Origin: Bacteroidales bacterium UBA1680
Lineage (GTDB): Bacteria > Bacteroidota > Bacteroidia > Bacteroidales > UBA932
Length of the DNA stretch: 64,000 nt
Reading direction: 5' to 3'
Assembly (NCBI GenBank): GCA_002320605.1
Contig: DCKG01000017.1
Span: 50,271 to 114,270 of the forward strand
In this document: positions 45,168-55,300 of the stretch, in pieces
How positions within the stretch are numbered: position 1 is the first letter of the stretch
How the letters are laid out: the number at the start of each line of letters is the position of its first letter
Position numbers and translations under genes: made by a program
Notes under the pieces: model-generated
Seen by the model: the letters and a program-made list of their open reading frames with translations, nothing else
What the model was told of the DNA's origin: nothing
Database searches by the model: none

Positions 45168-45751
45168 TAACGATCGTTGATTATAAGGCTGGGAATATTC
45201 GCTCTGTAGAGAATGCCTTGAAGCGCCTGGAGGCGGATTTTCAGGTGACGTCGGATTCGGAGGCGATCAGAACGGCTTCTCACGTGATTCTGCCAGGGGT
45301 CGGCGAGGCCTCGAATGCGATGCGCTTTCTCCTGCCGTTGGCAGATGTACTTAAGAACCTGACTCAGCCTGTCTTAGGAATATGCATCGGGCTCCAGCTG
45401 ATGTGCGATTCCAGCGAGGAGGGCCCGGCGGAGTGTATGAATATATTCGATTCCAAGGTGCTGCGTTTCAGGCCATCAGAAGGAGCGAAAATTCCTCACA
45501 TGGGCTGGAACACCATCGAGAATCTTCGCAGCCCCCTCTTTAGAGGCATTCAGGAAGGATCTTTCGTCTATTACGTACATTCCTATTATCCAGAATATTC
45601 GGATTCAGAGACAGTTGCATCGACTTGTTTCGCAGGCATCACCTTCAGCGCAGCTATGAACAGGGGTAACTTCTACGGCACTCAGTTCCATCCGGAAAAG
45701 AGCGGCCCGGTAGGTGAGAAAATCCTTGAAAATTTTTTGCGAATATGCTGA
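45164..45751 (+). CDS. hisH: Imidazole glycerol phosphate synthase glutaminase subunit
   Basis: Motifs LPGVG, LGICIG, PHMGWN, YYVHSY and QFHPEKS. Confidence 0.96.
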   Translation: MITIVDYKAGNIRSVENALKRLEADFQVTSDSEAIRTASHVILPGVGEASNAMRFLLPLADVLKNLTQPVLGICIGLQLMCDSSEEGPAECMNIFDSKVLRFRPSEGAKIPHMGWNTIENLRSPLFRGIQEGSFVYYVHSYYPEYSDSETVASTCFAGITFSAAMNRGNFYGTQFHPEKSGPVGEKILENFLRIC

Positions 45752-46467
45752 ATTTCACTGTAATACCTGCTATCGACCTCATTGGCGGCAAATGCGTGAG
45801 GCTTACCCGCGGAGACTACGGCAGCGAGAAAGTTTATTCTACGAACCCCATCGACGTGGCAAAGGAGTTTGAGACCGTTGGGGTGAAAAGGCTTCACCTT
45901 GTTGACCTTGACGGGGCAAAGGCATCGCAGCCTCAGAATCTGAAGACTTTGGAGGCAATCGCCTCGCAGACAGGGCTGGAAGTCGAATTCGGTGGCGGAA
46001 TCAAGTCGTATGAGTCCTTGAAATCGGCTCTGGATTCAGGAGCAAGCTACGTCGTCTGCGGCAGTGTGGCCGTTACCAATCCGGAACAGGCTAAAGACTG
46101 GATGGAATGCTATAGAGGAAAGATAATCCTCGGTATCGACATCAAAGACGGTGTTGTCGCTACCTGCGGCTGGCTGGAAAAATCGCAGCTCGCGGCGGAC
46201 GATCTGCTGAAATCCTACGACGGATTGGTTTCAGAAGCCGAAATCACTGAAATTTCACGTGACGGAACCTTGCAAGGCATTGATGCTGAATTTTATGCAG
46301 GGATTCAAAAACGTTTCCCGAATGTGCGAATCATCGCAAGTGGCGGTGTGTCCAGCCTTCAGGACTTGGAGATGCTAAAAGACGTTGGAATTAGCGCCTC
46401 TATAGTAGGGAAGGCGATTTACGAAGGTCGAATAAATCTAAAAGAAATATGTTGGCGAAGCGAATAA
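45745..46467 (+). CDS. hisA: ProFAR isomerase
   Basis: Motifs [25 protein letters not shown] and IIASGG. Confidence 0.95.
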   Translation: MLNFTVIPAIDLIGGKCVRLTRGDYGSEKVYSTNPIDVAKEFETVGVKRLHLVDLDGAKASQPQNLKTLEAIASQTGLEVEFGGGIKSYESLKSALDSGASYVVCGSVAVTNPEQAKDWMECYRGKIILGIDIKDGVVATCGWLEKSQLAADDLLKSYDGLVSEAEITEISRDGTLQGIDAEFYAGIQKRFPNVRIIASGGVSSLQDLEMLKDVGISASIVGKAIYEGRINLKEICWRSE

Positions 46468-47207
46468 TACCTTGTCTGGATGTCAAGGACGGCGAGGTCG
46501 TGAAAGGGATTAATTTCGTCGGCCTCCGGGAGGTCGGTGACCCGGTTGAGATGGGTGCTGAATATTCAAGTCAGGGAGCAGACGAATTGGTGTATCTGGA
46601 CATCAGTGCTTCGTTCGAAGGTCGGAAAACTTTCACGGAGCTGGTTTCTGCAATCTCTGAACGCATAAATATTCCGTTCACGGTCGGTGGGGGCATTTCG
46701 TCTTTCGGCGATGCCGCAAGGCTGCTGGATGCCGGTGCCGATAAAATTACCATCAACACGGCTGCCGTGAATGATCCGTCACTGATTACTCGCATTGCTT
46801 CGCGCTATGGTTCCCAATTCGTAGTCGTAGCGATCGATGCCCGCAAGATTACCGAGGAGTCTTGGCAGGTAACTACCCACGGGGGTAAAATACTTACCGA
46901 CAAGGAATTATATTCATGGGCAAAAGAGGCAGAGGATAGGGGAGCGGGGGAGATCCTTTTCACTTCCATGGACCATGATGGTGAGAAAAAAGGCTATGCA
47001 GTAAATGAATATGCCAGATTGTCAGAGCTGCTCTCAATTCCAGTAATCGCCTCTGGAGGAGCTGGTTCCGTGGATGATATAGCGGAAGTGCTAACGACCG
47101 GCAAGGCAGATGCAGCTCTAGCCGCAAGCATATTCCATTTTGGAGAAATCAAAATCCCGGACCTTAAGCGGCGGCTGGCAGAAAGAGAAATTTCAGTAAG
47201 AATATAA
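46449..47207 (+). CDS. hisF: Imidazole glycerol phosphate synthase cyclase subunit
   Basis: Motifs [32 protein letters not shown] and PVIASGG. Confidence 0.97.
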   Translation: MLAKRIIPCLDVKDGEVVKGINFVGLREVGDPVEMGAEYSSQGADELVYLDISASFEGRKTFTELVSAISERINIPFTVGGGISSFGDAARLLDAGADKITINTAAVNDPSLITRIASRYGSQFVVVAIDARKITEESWQVTTHGGKILTDKELYSWAKEAEDRGAGEILFTSMDHDGEKKGYAVNEYARLSELLSIPVIASGGAGSVDDIAEVLTTGKADAALAASIFHFGEIKIPDLKRRLAEREISVRI

Positions 47208-47213
47208 ATATTA

Positions 47214-47822
47214 ATGAATATGTTGAATTTTAATGATTTGAAGAAGGGTACCGACGGGCTGGTGCCTGCCATCGTGCAGGATGAATTGACGCTCCAGGTG
47301 CTAATGCTCGGCTGGATGAATGCCGAGGCGCTGGAAAAGACTCAGGAAACAGGCTTGGTGACGTTCTGGAGCAGGTCACGTGGCCAGCTCTGGACCAAAG
47401 GCGAGACGAGCGGGAATTATCTCCATTTGGTTTCGCTCTCTCCTGATTGCGATTCCGACGTGCTTCTCGTGCGGGCAAAGCCGGACGGCCCTACATGCCA
47501 CAAAGGCACGAAGACTTGCTGGGGCGATGCAGTGCCATCCAGCACCGGCTTTATCCGTGAGCTTGAGTCTGTGATTCGTGGCCGCCACGAACAGATGCCT
47601 GAAGGCTCGTACACTGCCTCGCTTTTCAAGGCTGGGATTCCGAGAATGGCACAGAAAGTAGGTGAAGAAGCTGTAGAGACCGTGATCGAGGCTGTCAAGG
47701 GCGATGACGAAAGACTGATTTACGAGGCGTCTGATTTAATATATCATTTGCTGGTCCTCCTAGTGAGCAAGGGTTATGGAATAGCAGATTTAGAGAAAGA
47801 ATTGCAACGCAGACATGGATGA
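47214..47822 (+). CDS. hisIE: Bifunctional PR-AMP cyclohydrolase / PR-ATP pyrophosphatase
   Basis: Motifs WTKGETSGN, DCDSD, PTCH, KVGEEAVE and YEASDLIYH. Confidence 0.96.
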   Translation: MNMLNFNDLKKGTDGLVPAIVQDELTLQVLMLGWMNAEALEKTQETGLVTFWSRSRGQLWTKGETSGNYLHLVSLSPDCDSDVLLVRAKPDGPTCHKGTKTCWGDAVPSSTGFIRELESVIRGRHEQMPEGSYTASLFKAGIPRMAQKVGEEAVETVIEAVKGDDERLIYEASDLIYHLLVLLVSKGYGIADLEKELQRRHG

Positions 47823-47877
47823 TATTCTTAAATTTTATATATTTTTGTCCTTTGAAATAGGGTAAAAATCATTAACG

Positions 47878-48720
47878 ATGAAAAAATGTCTATTATTCTT
47901 GATTCCGCTGATGCTTCTAGCCTCGTCATGCGGGACGTCTAATCCTGAATATCTTTTATCCAGCGGAGCGAAGGTTCTTCAGGCCGCAACTCTCACTGAT
48001 GCGCAGATTCAGGCTTATGTCGGTCAGTATGTGACTCAGCTCGATGCTGAGAATAAGGTTCTCTCAGAGAGCAGTCCTTACGTAAAAAGAGTCAGGAACA
48101 TGACGAAAGGACTTACTAGCGTAGATGGCATTCCGCTCAACTTCAAGGTTTATCAGACCAGCGATGTGAACGCTTTCGCTTGTGCGGACGGAAGCGTGAG
48201 GATTTACACGGGTCTTCTAGACTTGATGAGCGATGATGAGGTTTTGGGTGTCGTCGGCCACGAAATCGGCCACGTTGCTCTGAAACATTCCAGGAAGCAG
48301 TTCCAGCAGGCGCTCATGACTTCGGCAGTGAGGGACGCAATCATATCGACGGGAGGCAATGTGGCTGTGCTATCGGCTTCCCAGTTAGGTGACATCGGCG
48401 AGGCACTTGCAAGCTCCAGCTTCTCAAGGAAGCAGGAGTCGCAGGCTGATGATTACGGGTATGATTTCTTGAAGAATAGTGGGAAGAACCCTTGGGCCAT
48501 GGCAATGGCTTTCGAGGAATTGCTCAAGCTTTCTGGCGGCTCTACGGGCAGTGGCACTCAGGCAGCGGCAGGAAGCTCTGTCACTTCGCTGTTCTCATCC
48601 CACCCAGCAACGCAGACTAGGATTCAGAAGATGTCTGAAAGAGCCACGAAAGATGGGTATGTGCGCCCTTCAGCGAAAAAATCCACCAGCGCCGCGACAT
48701 CATCAACGAAGAAAAAATAA
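47878..48720 (+). CDS. M48 family metallopeptidase lipoprotein (LoiP/YggG-like)
   Basis: Lipobox ASSC; motifs NAFA..DG, HEIGH, ESQAD and SSHP; TATTTTTG promoter box at 47840-47847. Confidence 0.9.
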   Translation: MKKCLLFLIPLMLLASSCGTSNPEYLLSSGAKVLQAATLTDAQIQAYVGQYVTQLDAENKVLSESSPYVKRVRNMTKGLTSVDGIPLNFKVYQTSDVNAFACADGSVRIYTGLLDLMSDDEVLGVVGHEIGHVALKHSRKQFQQALMTSAVRDAIISTGGNVAVLSASQLGDIGEALASSSFSRKQESQADDYGYDFLKNSGKNPWAMAMAFEELLKLSGGSTGSGTQAAAGSSVTSLFSSHPATQTRIQKMSERATKDGYVRPSAKKSTSAATSSTKKK

Positions 48721-48746
48721 TCAATGCTTGGGCAATATAAGAAAGA

Positions 48747-48772
48747 CCGGCTTTGCTTCACAGCAGAGCCGG
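48747..48772 (+). terminator. Hairpin after the M48 peptidase
   Basis: CCGGCTTTGCT-TCAC-AGCAGAGCCGG followed by a weak T-rich tail. Confidence 0.5.
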
Positions 48773-48948
48773 CATTTGTCTTGTTGAATAAGAATTTAAG
48801 TATGAAAACTTATAACTAATAACCAACTAAAATACTAACAAGAACATTTAATTTAATGCATATTTTGTGCCACACGGCAGAAAAGTCTTTACTAAGATAG
48901 TCAGTATTTGTTATATTTGCAAAAGAAAAATCAAAAATTCATAAATAT

Positions 48949-50097
48949 ATGCGTAAATCTTTTTATTTGTTAGCTGCGGTTCTCTTCATGGCTGCATGCG
49001 GACAGCAAAAACAGCAGGAGCAGTCTGCCGATATCCTTCCAGCAGAGAATTTCGACACGACCATCAACAACATTCCTGTGAAATTGTACACCCTCAAGGC
49101 TGGAGATATTGTGCTCCAGGCTACTAATTTCGGAGGCAGGGTCGTAACGATCTTCACCCCTGACAAAAATGGAAAGGAAGAAAACATCGTGCTTGGCCGC
49201 AGAACCATAAGGGAATACACCAATCCGGATGGTGAACGTTTCCTTGGCGCTTGCGTTGGCCCTGTGGCAAATAGAATCGGCGGAGCTAAATTCGTCCTCA
49301 ATGATACTACTTACAATGTGCCTGCGAACGACAATAAGGTAAATACGCTTCATGGCGGTTTCTACGGTTTCGACAATGTCGTCTGGGACGTTAAAGATTA
49401 CGATGATTCTACTCTCGTGCTTCACTATCTTCGTCCGGATGGCTTCGAAGGCTATCCTGGCAACCTAGATGTTACCATGACATATTCAGTGAACAGCAAT
49501 GATGAGTTCAGAATCGACTATGTGGCAACCACTGACCATGATACTCCGGTGAATATTTCTAACCATCCTTTCTTCCACCTGCAAGGCAATGCTGACGGAA
49601 CCGTTCTCGACTATTTTATGTATGTGAACGCAAGCCAATTTACGCCGATTGATTCCCTCAGCATTCCGCTTGGCGAAAATGTTAGCGTAGAGGGTACGCC
49701 GTTCGATTTTCGTACTCCTACCAGAATCGGTGAGAGAATCGACAATGACGACCAGCAACTTAAGAACGCCCGTGGTTATGATCATAACTGGGTGCTCGAC
49801 CGTAAGGCGGAAGGCGATGCCGAGACGGCCTGCACTGTGTTGGACAAGACTTCCGGTCGTCAGGTTGAGGTGCTTACCGATCAGCCTGGCATCCAGATTT
49901 ACACTGGGAACTTCTTCAAGGGAACCGGCGGACCAGCAGTCAATGGCAAGCCTATCGAGTATCGTACCTCTATCGCCCTCGAGACCCAGCACTTCCCTGA
50001 TTCCCCAAACAGGCCGAACTTCCCATCGGTAACGCTGAAGCCAGGTGAGAAATACACACAGGTATGCATCTACAGATTCTCCGTTAAAGACGAGTAG
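48949..50097 (+). CDS. galM: Aldose 1-epimerase (galactose mutarotase), lipoprotein
   Basis: Motifs GPVANRI, TLHGG, EGYPG, NISNHPFF, GYDHN, QIYTGN and ALETQHFPD; lipobox MAAC; TATATTTG at 48912-48919. Confidence 0.94.
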   Translation: MRKSFYLLAAVLFMAACGQQKQQEQSADILPAENFDTTINNIPVKLYTLKAGDIVLQATNFGGRVVTIFTPDKNGKEENIVLGRRTIREYTNPDGERFLGACVGPVANRIGGAKFVLNDTTYNVPANDNKVNTLHGGFYGFDNVVWDVKDYDDSTLVLHYLRPDGFEGYPGNLDVTMTYSVNSNDEFRIDYVATTDHDTPVNISNHPFFHLQGNADGTVLDYFMYVNASQFTPIDSLSIPLGENVSVEGTPFDFRTPTRIGERIDNDDQQLKNARGYDHNWVLDRKAEGDAETACTVLDKTSGRQVEVLTDQPGIQIYTGNFFKGTGGPAVNGKPIEYRTSIALETQHFPDSPNRPNFPSVTLKPGEKYTQVCIYRFSVKDE

Positions 50098-52351
50098 TGC
50101 CCTTCTCGCTCACGGCAATCGTGAAGCCGACTGATAGCGAGTTTCCTTTATCATCCACCACTGTGACTGTGTGCCTGCCGGGGGCAGGCGTAAGGCTCAG
50201 CTGGTGGATGAATTGCGTCTGGCCGACATATTCATTGTCCAGATGCCAGAAAATCTTAGCCGATGGCAGCCTGTGCGCAAGATTGAATGTGATTCCAGCA
50301 ATGGAGCCGTCCAGCTGGCGTGGGATGTAGATCGTACTGCCCCCTTCTGGGTAAATGAATTCCATGAGAGCATAATTCTCGCTGTCCTCAGGCGAGTATG
50401 GAGCATATTCGGGATGGTTCTGCCTGTAATACCATTCCATAGAAGGGGGAAGGATGAAGGTATTTATGCCGTCCACAATCTTGTGATATGGGCAAGGGTC
50501 ACTTTTCATCGCCTTTCGAGGCAGCATGAGCAAATTTGCCGAATCACATCCAGGTCCAGCCAGATGCCCAGAGAGAGGGCAGACCTCTGCCTTGATGTAG
50601 TCCCCATAGACAGGCTCCAAGAACCAGCCGTTAGCAGCATATTTATCGTTAAGTTCCTTTGAAGGCAGCATATTGAATATATCGAACATCACAGGTCCTG
50701 CCGTCCTAGCGCCTACCAATCCGGGCACCCCTTGTCCTTCTGCATTCCCTACCCAGACTCCTACTGCATATTCAGGAGTCACCCCTACTGCCCATGCATC
50801 CCTGAATCCATAGCTGGTGCCTGTCTTCCAAGCCACTCGTTTCACGGAAGTAATGAGGCGCCAGTCAATCTCGTCTGGCCTGTTCACCTCTTTTAGCGCA
50901 TCCAGAGTGTACCATAGGGCGCATTTGTCTTTCAACGGAAAATTATGCAGAGGACTTTTCCTATCATTGAATATTGTGTCTGCAGCTTGATAGGAAAGGG
51001 AAATCCTTGAATATGCCTTAGTAACATCCAACAGAGTGCATTCGCCCCCGCCAAGTATTAGCGAAAGTCCGTAATGATCTGCGCTCTTTCCAAGAGAAGT
51101 CATCCCACATCGCCTTAAAACTTCCAAGAATCTTTGGGTGCCGAATTTCTTGAGCATGTATACCGCAGGCACGTTCAGAGACCTTGCAAGAGCCTCAGAT
51201 GCTGGCACGGCGCCATCGAATTGCCGATTGAAATTCTGAGGCGAGAACCCGCCTAAATTCATGGGAATATCCGGCAGGAGCGTGTTTGGTAGCAGTTCCC
51301 CTTCTTGCAACATGGCGCAGTAGAGAAAAGGCTTTAATATGCTGCCCGTGCTCCTTGGCGACCTGGCTATGTCCACATCGGCTCCTGGCCTCTTTCTGTG
51401 TGGATTTGCATTCCCGACGTAGGCCAGCACTTCACCTGTGTGCACATCGACCACGACGGCAGCAATGTCATATATTCCTATTCTTGAAAATTCTTCATTC
51501 CACTGGTCTGTAATCGCCTGGATTTGTCGTTGCAGATGTATGTCGATGGATGTTCGGGATCTTTTCCCAGGATTAGTCTTCCGGTAGTATTCCACTAGAT
51601 GATAGGCTTCCTGAGGCAAGGCTTCTGGAGCAGCCGGAAGCGGCTCTTGGAGCGCAAGTTCCAAGTCTGTGGAATCTATGCAGCCATCTTTGTGCATTTT
51701 ACGCAGCAAGCGATTGCGTTTGTTCAAAAGGGATTTCCTGTTCCTTCCGGGATAAATATCAGCAGGGGAGTTGGGTAGCACAGCCAGCGTTGCCGTTTCG
51801 CCCCACGAAAGCTCGTCGGCAGGCTTGCCGTAGTACCTCCAAGCAGCGGCTTCGATTCCGACTACGTTTCCCCCGAAAGGTGCGTGGGAAGCATATAGGG
51901 CAAGGATTTTCTCCTTTGAATATCTCAGTTCGAGCCTTGTCGCCAGCACAGCCTCTATCATTTTTTGCCACAAAGTCCTCTCTTTTCCGCGCAACATCCT
52001 GACGACCTGCATAGTGATGGTGCTGCCCCCGCTAGTCACGCGCCCAGCCTTGACATTCCCGATGGCGGCTCTGGCTATGGACACAGGGTTCACCCCGCGA
52101 TGCAGGGCAAACCACTTGTCCTCGAACTCGATGATTGCCGTCTGGAATTTTGGCGGAATCGTGTCGCATTCTGGAAATCTCCATTGTCCATCCTTCGCGA
52201 TTCTTGCCCCAAGCAACTCTCCATTCCTGTCGGTTATGACTGTGGAATATTCAGTGCCTGCGAATAAATCCTTCGGCAGGCAGAAAAAATATGCTACGGC
52301 AAAGCCTGCAATAAGGAATATTACAATGAGAGATATTCCTTTGTGCGTCAT
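50084..52351 (-). CDS. pbpC: Penicillin-binding protein 1C
   Basis: Transglycosylase EDKWF, GGSTITMQV and FGGNVVG; transpeptidase SILK, SLN and KTG; C-terminal BiPBP domain; adjacent to A2M. Confidence 0.95.
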   Translation of the reverse strand: MTHKGISLIVIFLIAGFAVAYFFCLPKDLFAGTEYSTVITDRNGELLGARIAKDGQWRFPECDTIPPKFQTAIIEFEDKWFALHRGVNPVSIARAAIGNVKAGRVTSGGSTITMQVVRMLRGKERTLWQKMIEAVLATRLELRYSKEKILALYASHAPFGGNVVGIEAAAWRYYGKPADELSWGETATLAVLPNSPADIYPGRNRKSLLNKRNRLLRKMHKDGCIDSTDLELALQEPLPAAPEALPQEAYHLVEYYRKTNPGKRSRTSIDIHLQRQIQAITDQWNEEFSRIGIYDIAAVVVDVHTGEVLAYVGNANPHRKRPGADVDIARSPRSTGSILKPFLYCAMLQEGELLPNTLLPDIPMNLGGFSPQNFNRQFDGAVPASEALARSLNVPAVYMLKKFGTQRFLEVLRRCGMTSLGKSADHYGLSLILGGGECTLLDVTKAYSRISLSYQAADTIFNDRKSPLHNFPLKDKCALWYTLDALKEVNRPDEIDWRLITSVKRVAWKTGTSYGFRDAWAVGVTPEYAVGVWVGNAEGQGVPGLVGARTAGPVMFDIFNMLPSKELNDKYAANGWFLEPVYGDYIKAEVCPLSGHLAGPGCDSANLLMLPRKAMKSDPCPYHKIVDGINTFILPPSMEWYYRQNHPEYAPYSPEDSENYALMEFIYPEGGSTIYIPRQLDGSIAGITFNLAHRLPSAKIFWHLDNEYVGQTQFIHQLSLTPAPGRHTVTVVDDKGNSLSVGFTIAVSEKGTTRL

Positions 52352-55300
52352 TTCCTGATGACTTTCGCCGTGCCAGAAGCCGTGTTAGCGCTGAAATCCC
52401 TGTCGTACATGGCCTCACATTTGATGGCTGGCAGGTTGAATTCGCCTTCGTAGGCGGCTTGAAGTTTTATCCTGAATGTCTTTGTGGCACCCTTGCCTAA
52501 GTCGAAGAACCAGTTGACCCTATCGTCCCTGATGTCGCGATACGTCCATGGGGCGCTCTCGTCTGAGGTGGTGCCTAGCAGCCTGTCATTGAATATCTCC
52601 CATCCCGAAGGTATCTTCTCCGACAGAGCCACGTTGTAGCAATCTGTGTTGCCGCTTGTGTTCGTTACGGAGACTATGGATAGGAATTCAGTGCCTTGAA
52701 CTATTTCAGAAGGCTCGAGCGTCTTTCCGTCTTCGGACACATATCTGACGCTGATGCTCAGCCCGTTAGACTTCGCAGGGATTTTCTCGCCAGCGGACGG
52801 ATATGCGGAAGTGACAAGCGTTGCGAATATTTCCCCTTCGGAAAGATTCTTCAATTTGACAGAACCAGATTGTGCGTCAAGCTCTTTCTCGTAATATCCG
52901 GAAGTGCCGCTGATTGTCTCAGGACTGCCATTCCCCTGTGTCAGTTCTGCCGAGAGAGTCCCGGAGATTGCTTTCTTCGCCAGTTTAGCCATCGCATGTG
53001 TTGCAAAGGCGGCTTCCTGAGTCGAGTAATAGCTGGACAGTCCTTTGGAAACTTCCTGGGCCATTTCGTATGCTTCCTGAATCTCATCCGCTAAAGTAAG
53101 TGCCTCGACCGATATGGCCTTGTTGCGAAGCATGGACCCATAAGTCCAGTCATTCCTAGACCAAGCGTCAGTTTCGTTCTTGATATTCGATATTATTTCC
53201 TGAGCAATATTCTTCTTGCCCGACAATGAATATGCTGCCGAGAGCATCCACGCAGCCGTATTAGAGAGCGTTTCCTTTTCTTTCAGCCTGTTCATCGTTC
53301 CACTCTCTGGCTGGCCAATCAGGGCAAGAGCGTAAAGCCTGTAGGCCTGAGAAAGATCTGAATAAGAATTCGTATCCTCTGTGCGGTAGTTTTGCACTGC
53401 TTTCTTCTGGTAACGTGCCCAGCTAGCCAGCACGCCCCTGCTTACAGGGAAACCGTTTTGTAAAGCTTCGATAAGGAATATTCCGGCCATGGAGCTTACC
53501 CAGTCATTGCTTTTAGCATAACCTGGCCAATAAGCGAATCCTCCATCTGCCAGCTGTCTTGAATATAGTTTCAGAATGACATTCTTGATTGTCTCGTCTG
53601 CATCCAGCCTGGAATGCTCGTCAAGGTGCTCGCGAATGCCCAACAAGCTGATTCCCTTAGAAGCCAGCTGCTCCGTGCAGTCATATTCGTAATGTTTGAA
53701 GAACGAATATATTCCCTTATAGTCAATTGTAGGCATGCTTGAAAGCTCAAGGACTGCCCACTCGTCCTCGGATGGCTTGAACGGCGCAAATGACAGAGTA
53801 TTGCTAGCACCGCCATTCAGTGCTATAGTCGTGCTGGATATCGTCGCCGGATTAGGATTGCCGACATGGATTGAAATCGTCTCGCTGGCTTTATGGCCGT
53901 TTCCGTTTGCGTAAACTGTTATCTCAGCCTGCCCGATGCCAGTCGTCAGGAGACTGAATCTCACGAGCTGGTCCCCGGTAGATTTGAACTGAATATTGCT
54001 TTGGCTGTTTCCTGCCACTTTTACTGGGCCTTCTGCCTTCACGCTTACCGTTACGTCCTTCACCCCATTTTCGAGGGCGAATACATTCACGGGCAGGACG
54101 ACTACCTCATTCGTGCTCAGCGTTCTAGGAAGCGTAGGCACCACCATGAGAGGCGATTTAACCGGGGTGGTCTTCTCTGCCTTCCCGTAGGCTCCGTCTT
54201 TGCCGGCAATCACCATGGTTCTCACGCTGCCCACGTACATAGGAAGCCAGATCTTATGCGTCGCAGTGCCGCTTTGCAGGGAGAACGGCCCGAGGAACTT
54301 CACGACAGGGTTGAATCTGTTGTCCTTTCTCGAACCTACAGGCATGGATTCGTCACCTCCGATGCTGAACATTGGAGAGAATCTGCCGCTGAAAGCCCCT
54401 ATCACGTCATCGTATAAATCCCAAGTCTTTACCCCAAGGACCTCTTTCTCGTACATCGAATTCCAAGGATCTGGAGTCTTGAAGGCTGTCAGGTCCAGCA
54501 GTCCCTCGTCTACTATGGCGATGGTGTATGTCATCGCCTTGTGATTCTTCTCGCTCACTTTCATCGTGAATTCTTCCTCTGGCCGAAGCACGTCAGGCAT
54601 ATTGATGACTGGCTCCAGATGCGAGGCAGGATTGTTCACGAAGATAGGCTTGATGCCGTATAACCTTATCGGAAGGTCGTTGTCATCCCTTTCGTGTGGC
54701 TGGACCATGGTCAGGTGTATGTAACAGTTCGGAGCCATCTCTGGTCTTACCTTCAGTTTGTATGTTACGCCACCGCTCGAATTCTTTACCCATTCGCGTG
54801 ATAAAACCGTAGTGGAATTCTCTATGGAAACCAGGGTCTGTCCTGCGCTTGCGGCAGGAATATAGATGAGGGCCGTCTCCCCGACATCGTAATTATCCTT
54901 GTCAGTGGAGAAAGTCAACATAGATAGAGCCGTAGGGTCGGTTTTCGTTGACCTTCCAAGAGACTCGGGCCAATCGACGTAGAGATAGCCCCCGGTGACG
55001 TGGCCGCTTACCACATCTTTAGCGATGACCAGATAGCGTCCCCACTCAGGGTAGTCTATCTTGAACGGAATTATTGCATCCCCGTTTGCAGAAGATGTCA
55101 GCGTTCCGGAAGAGAGCGGCTTGGCATTCGTGCCATTGGCGTAGGAGTCGAATTCCTCGCTGCGAGATTCCCACCACCAGCTCCATTTCATCTTGTATAC
55201 CGAATATTCAATATTCTCCCCTGAAATCCTCTTGCCATTCCTGTCCACTACGGCTACTCCGATAGAATAGTCTTTGTCGGTCTCAAGATAGTGAGCTTTG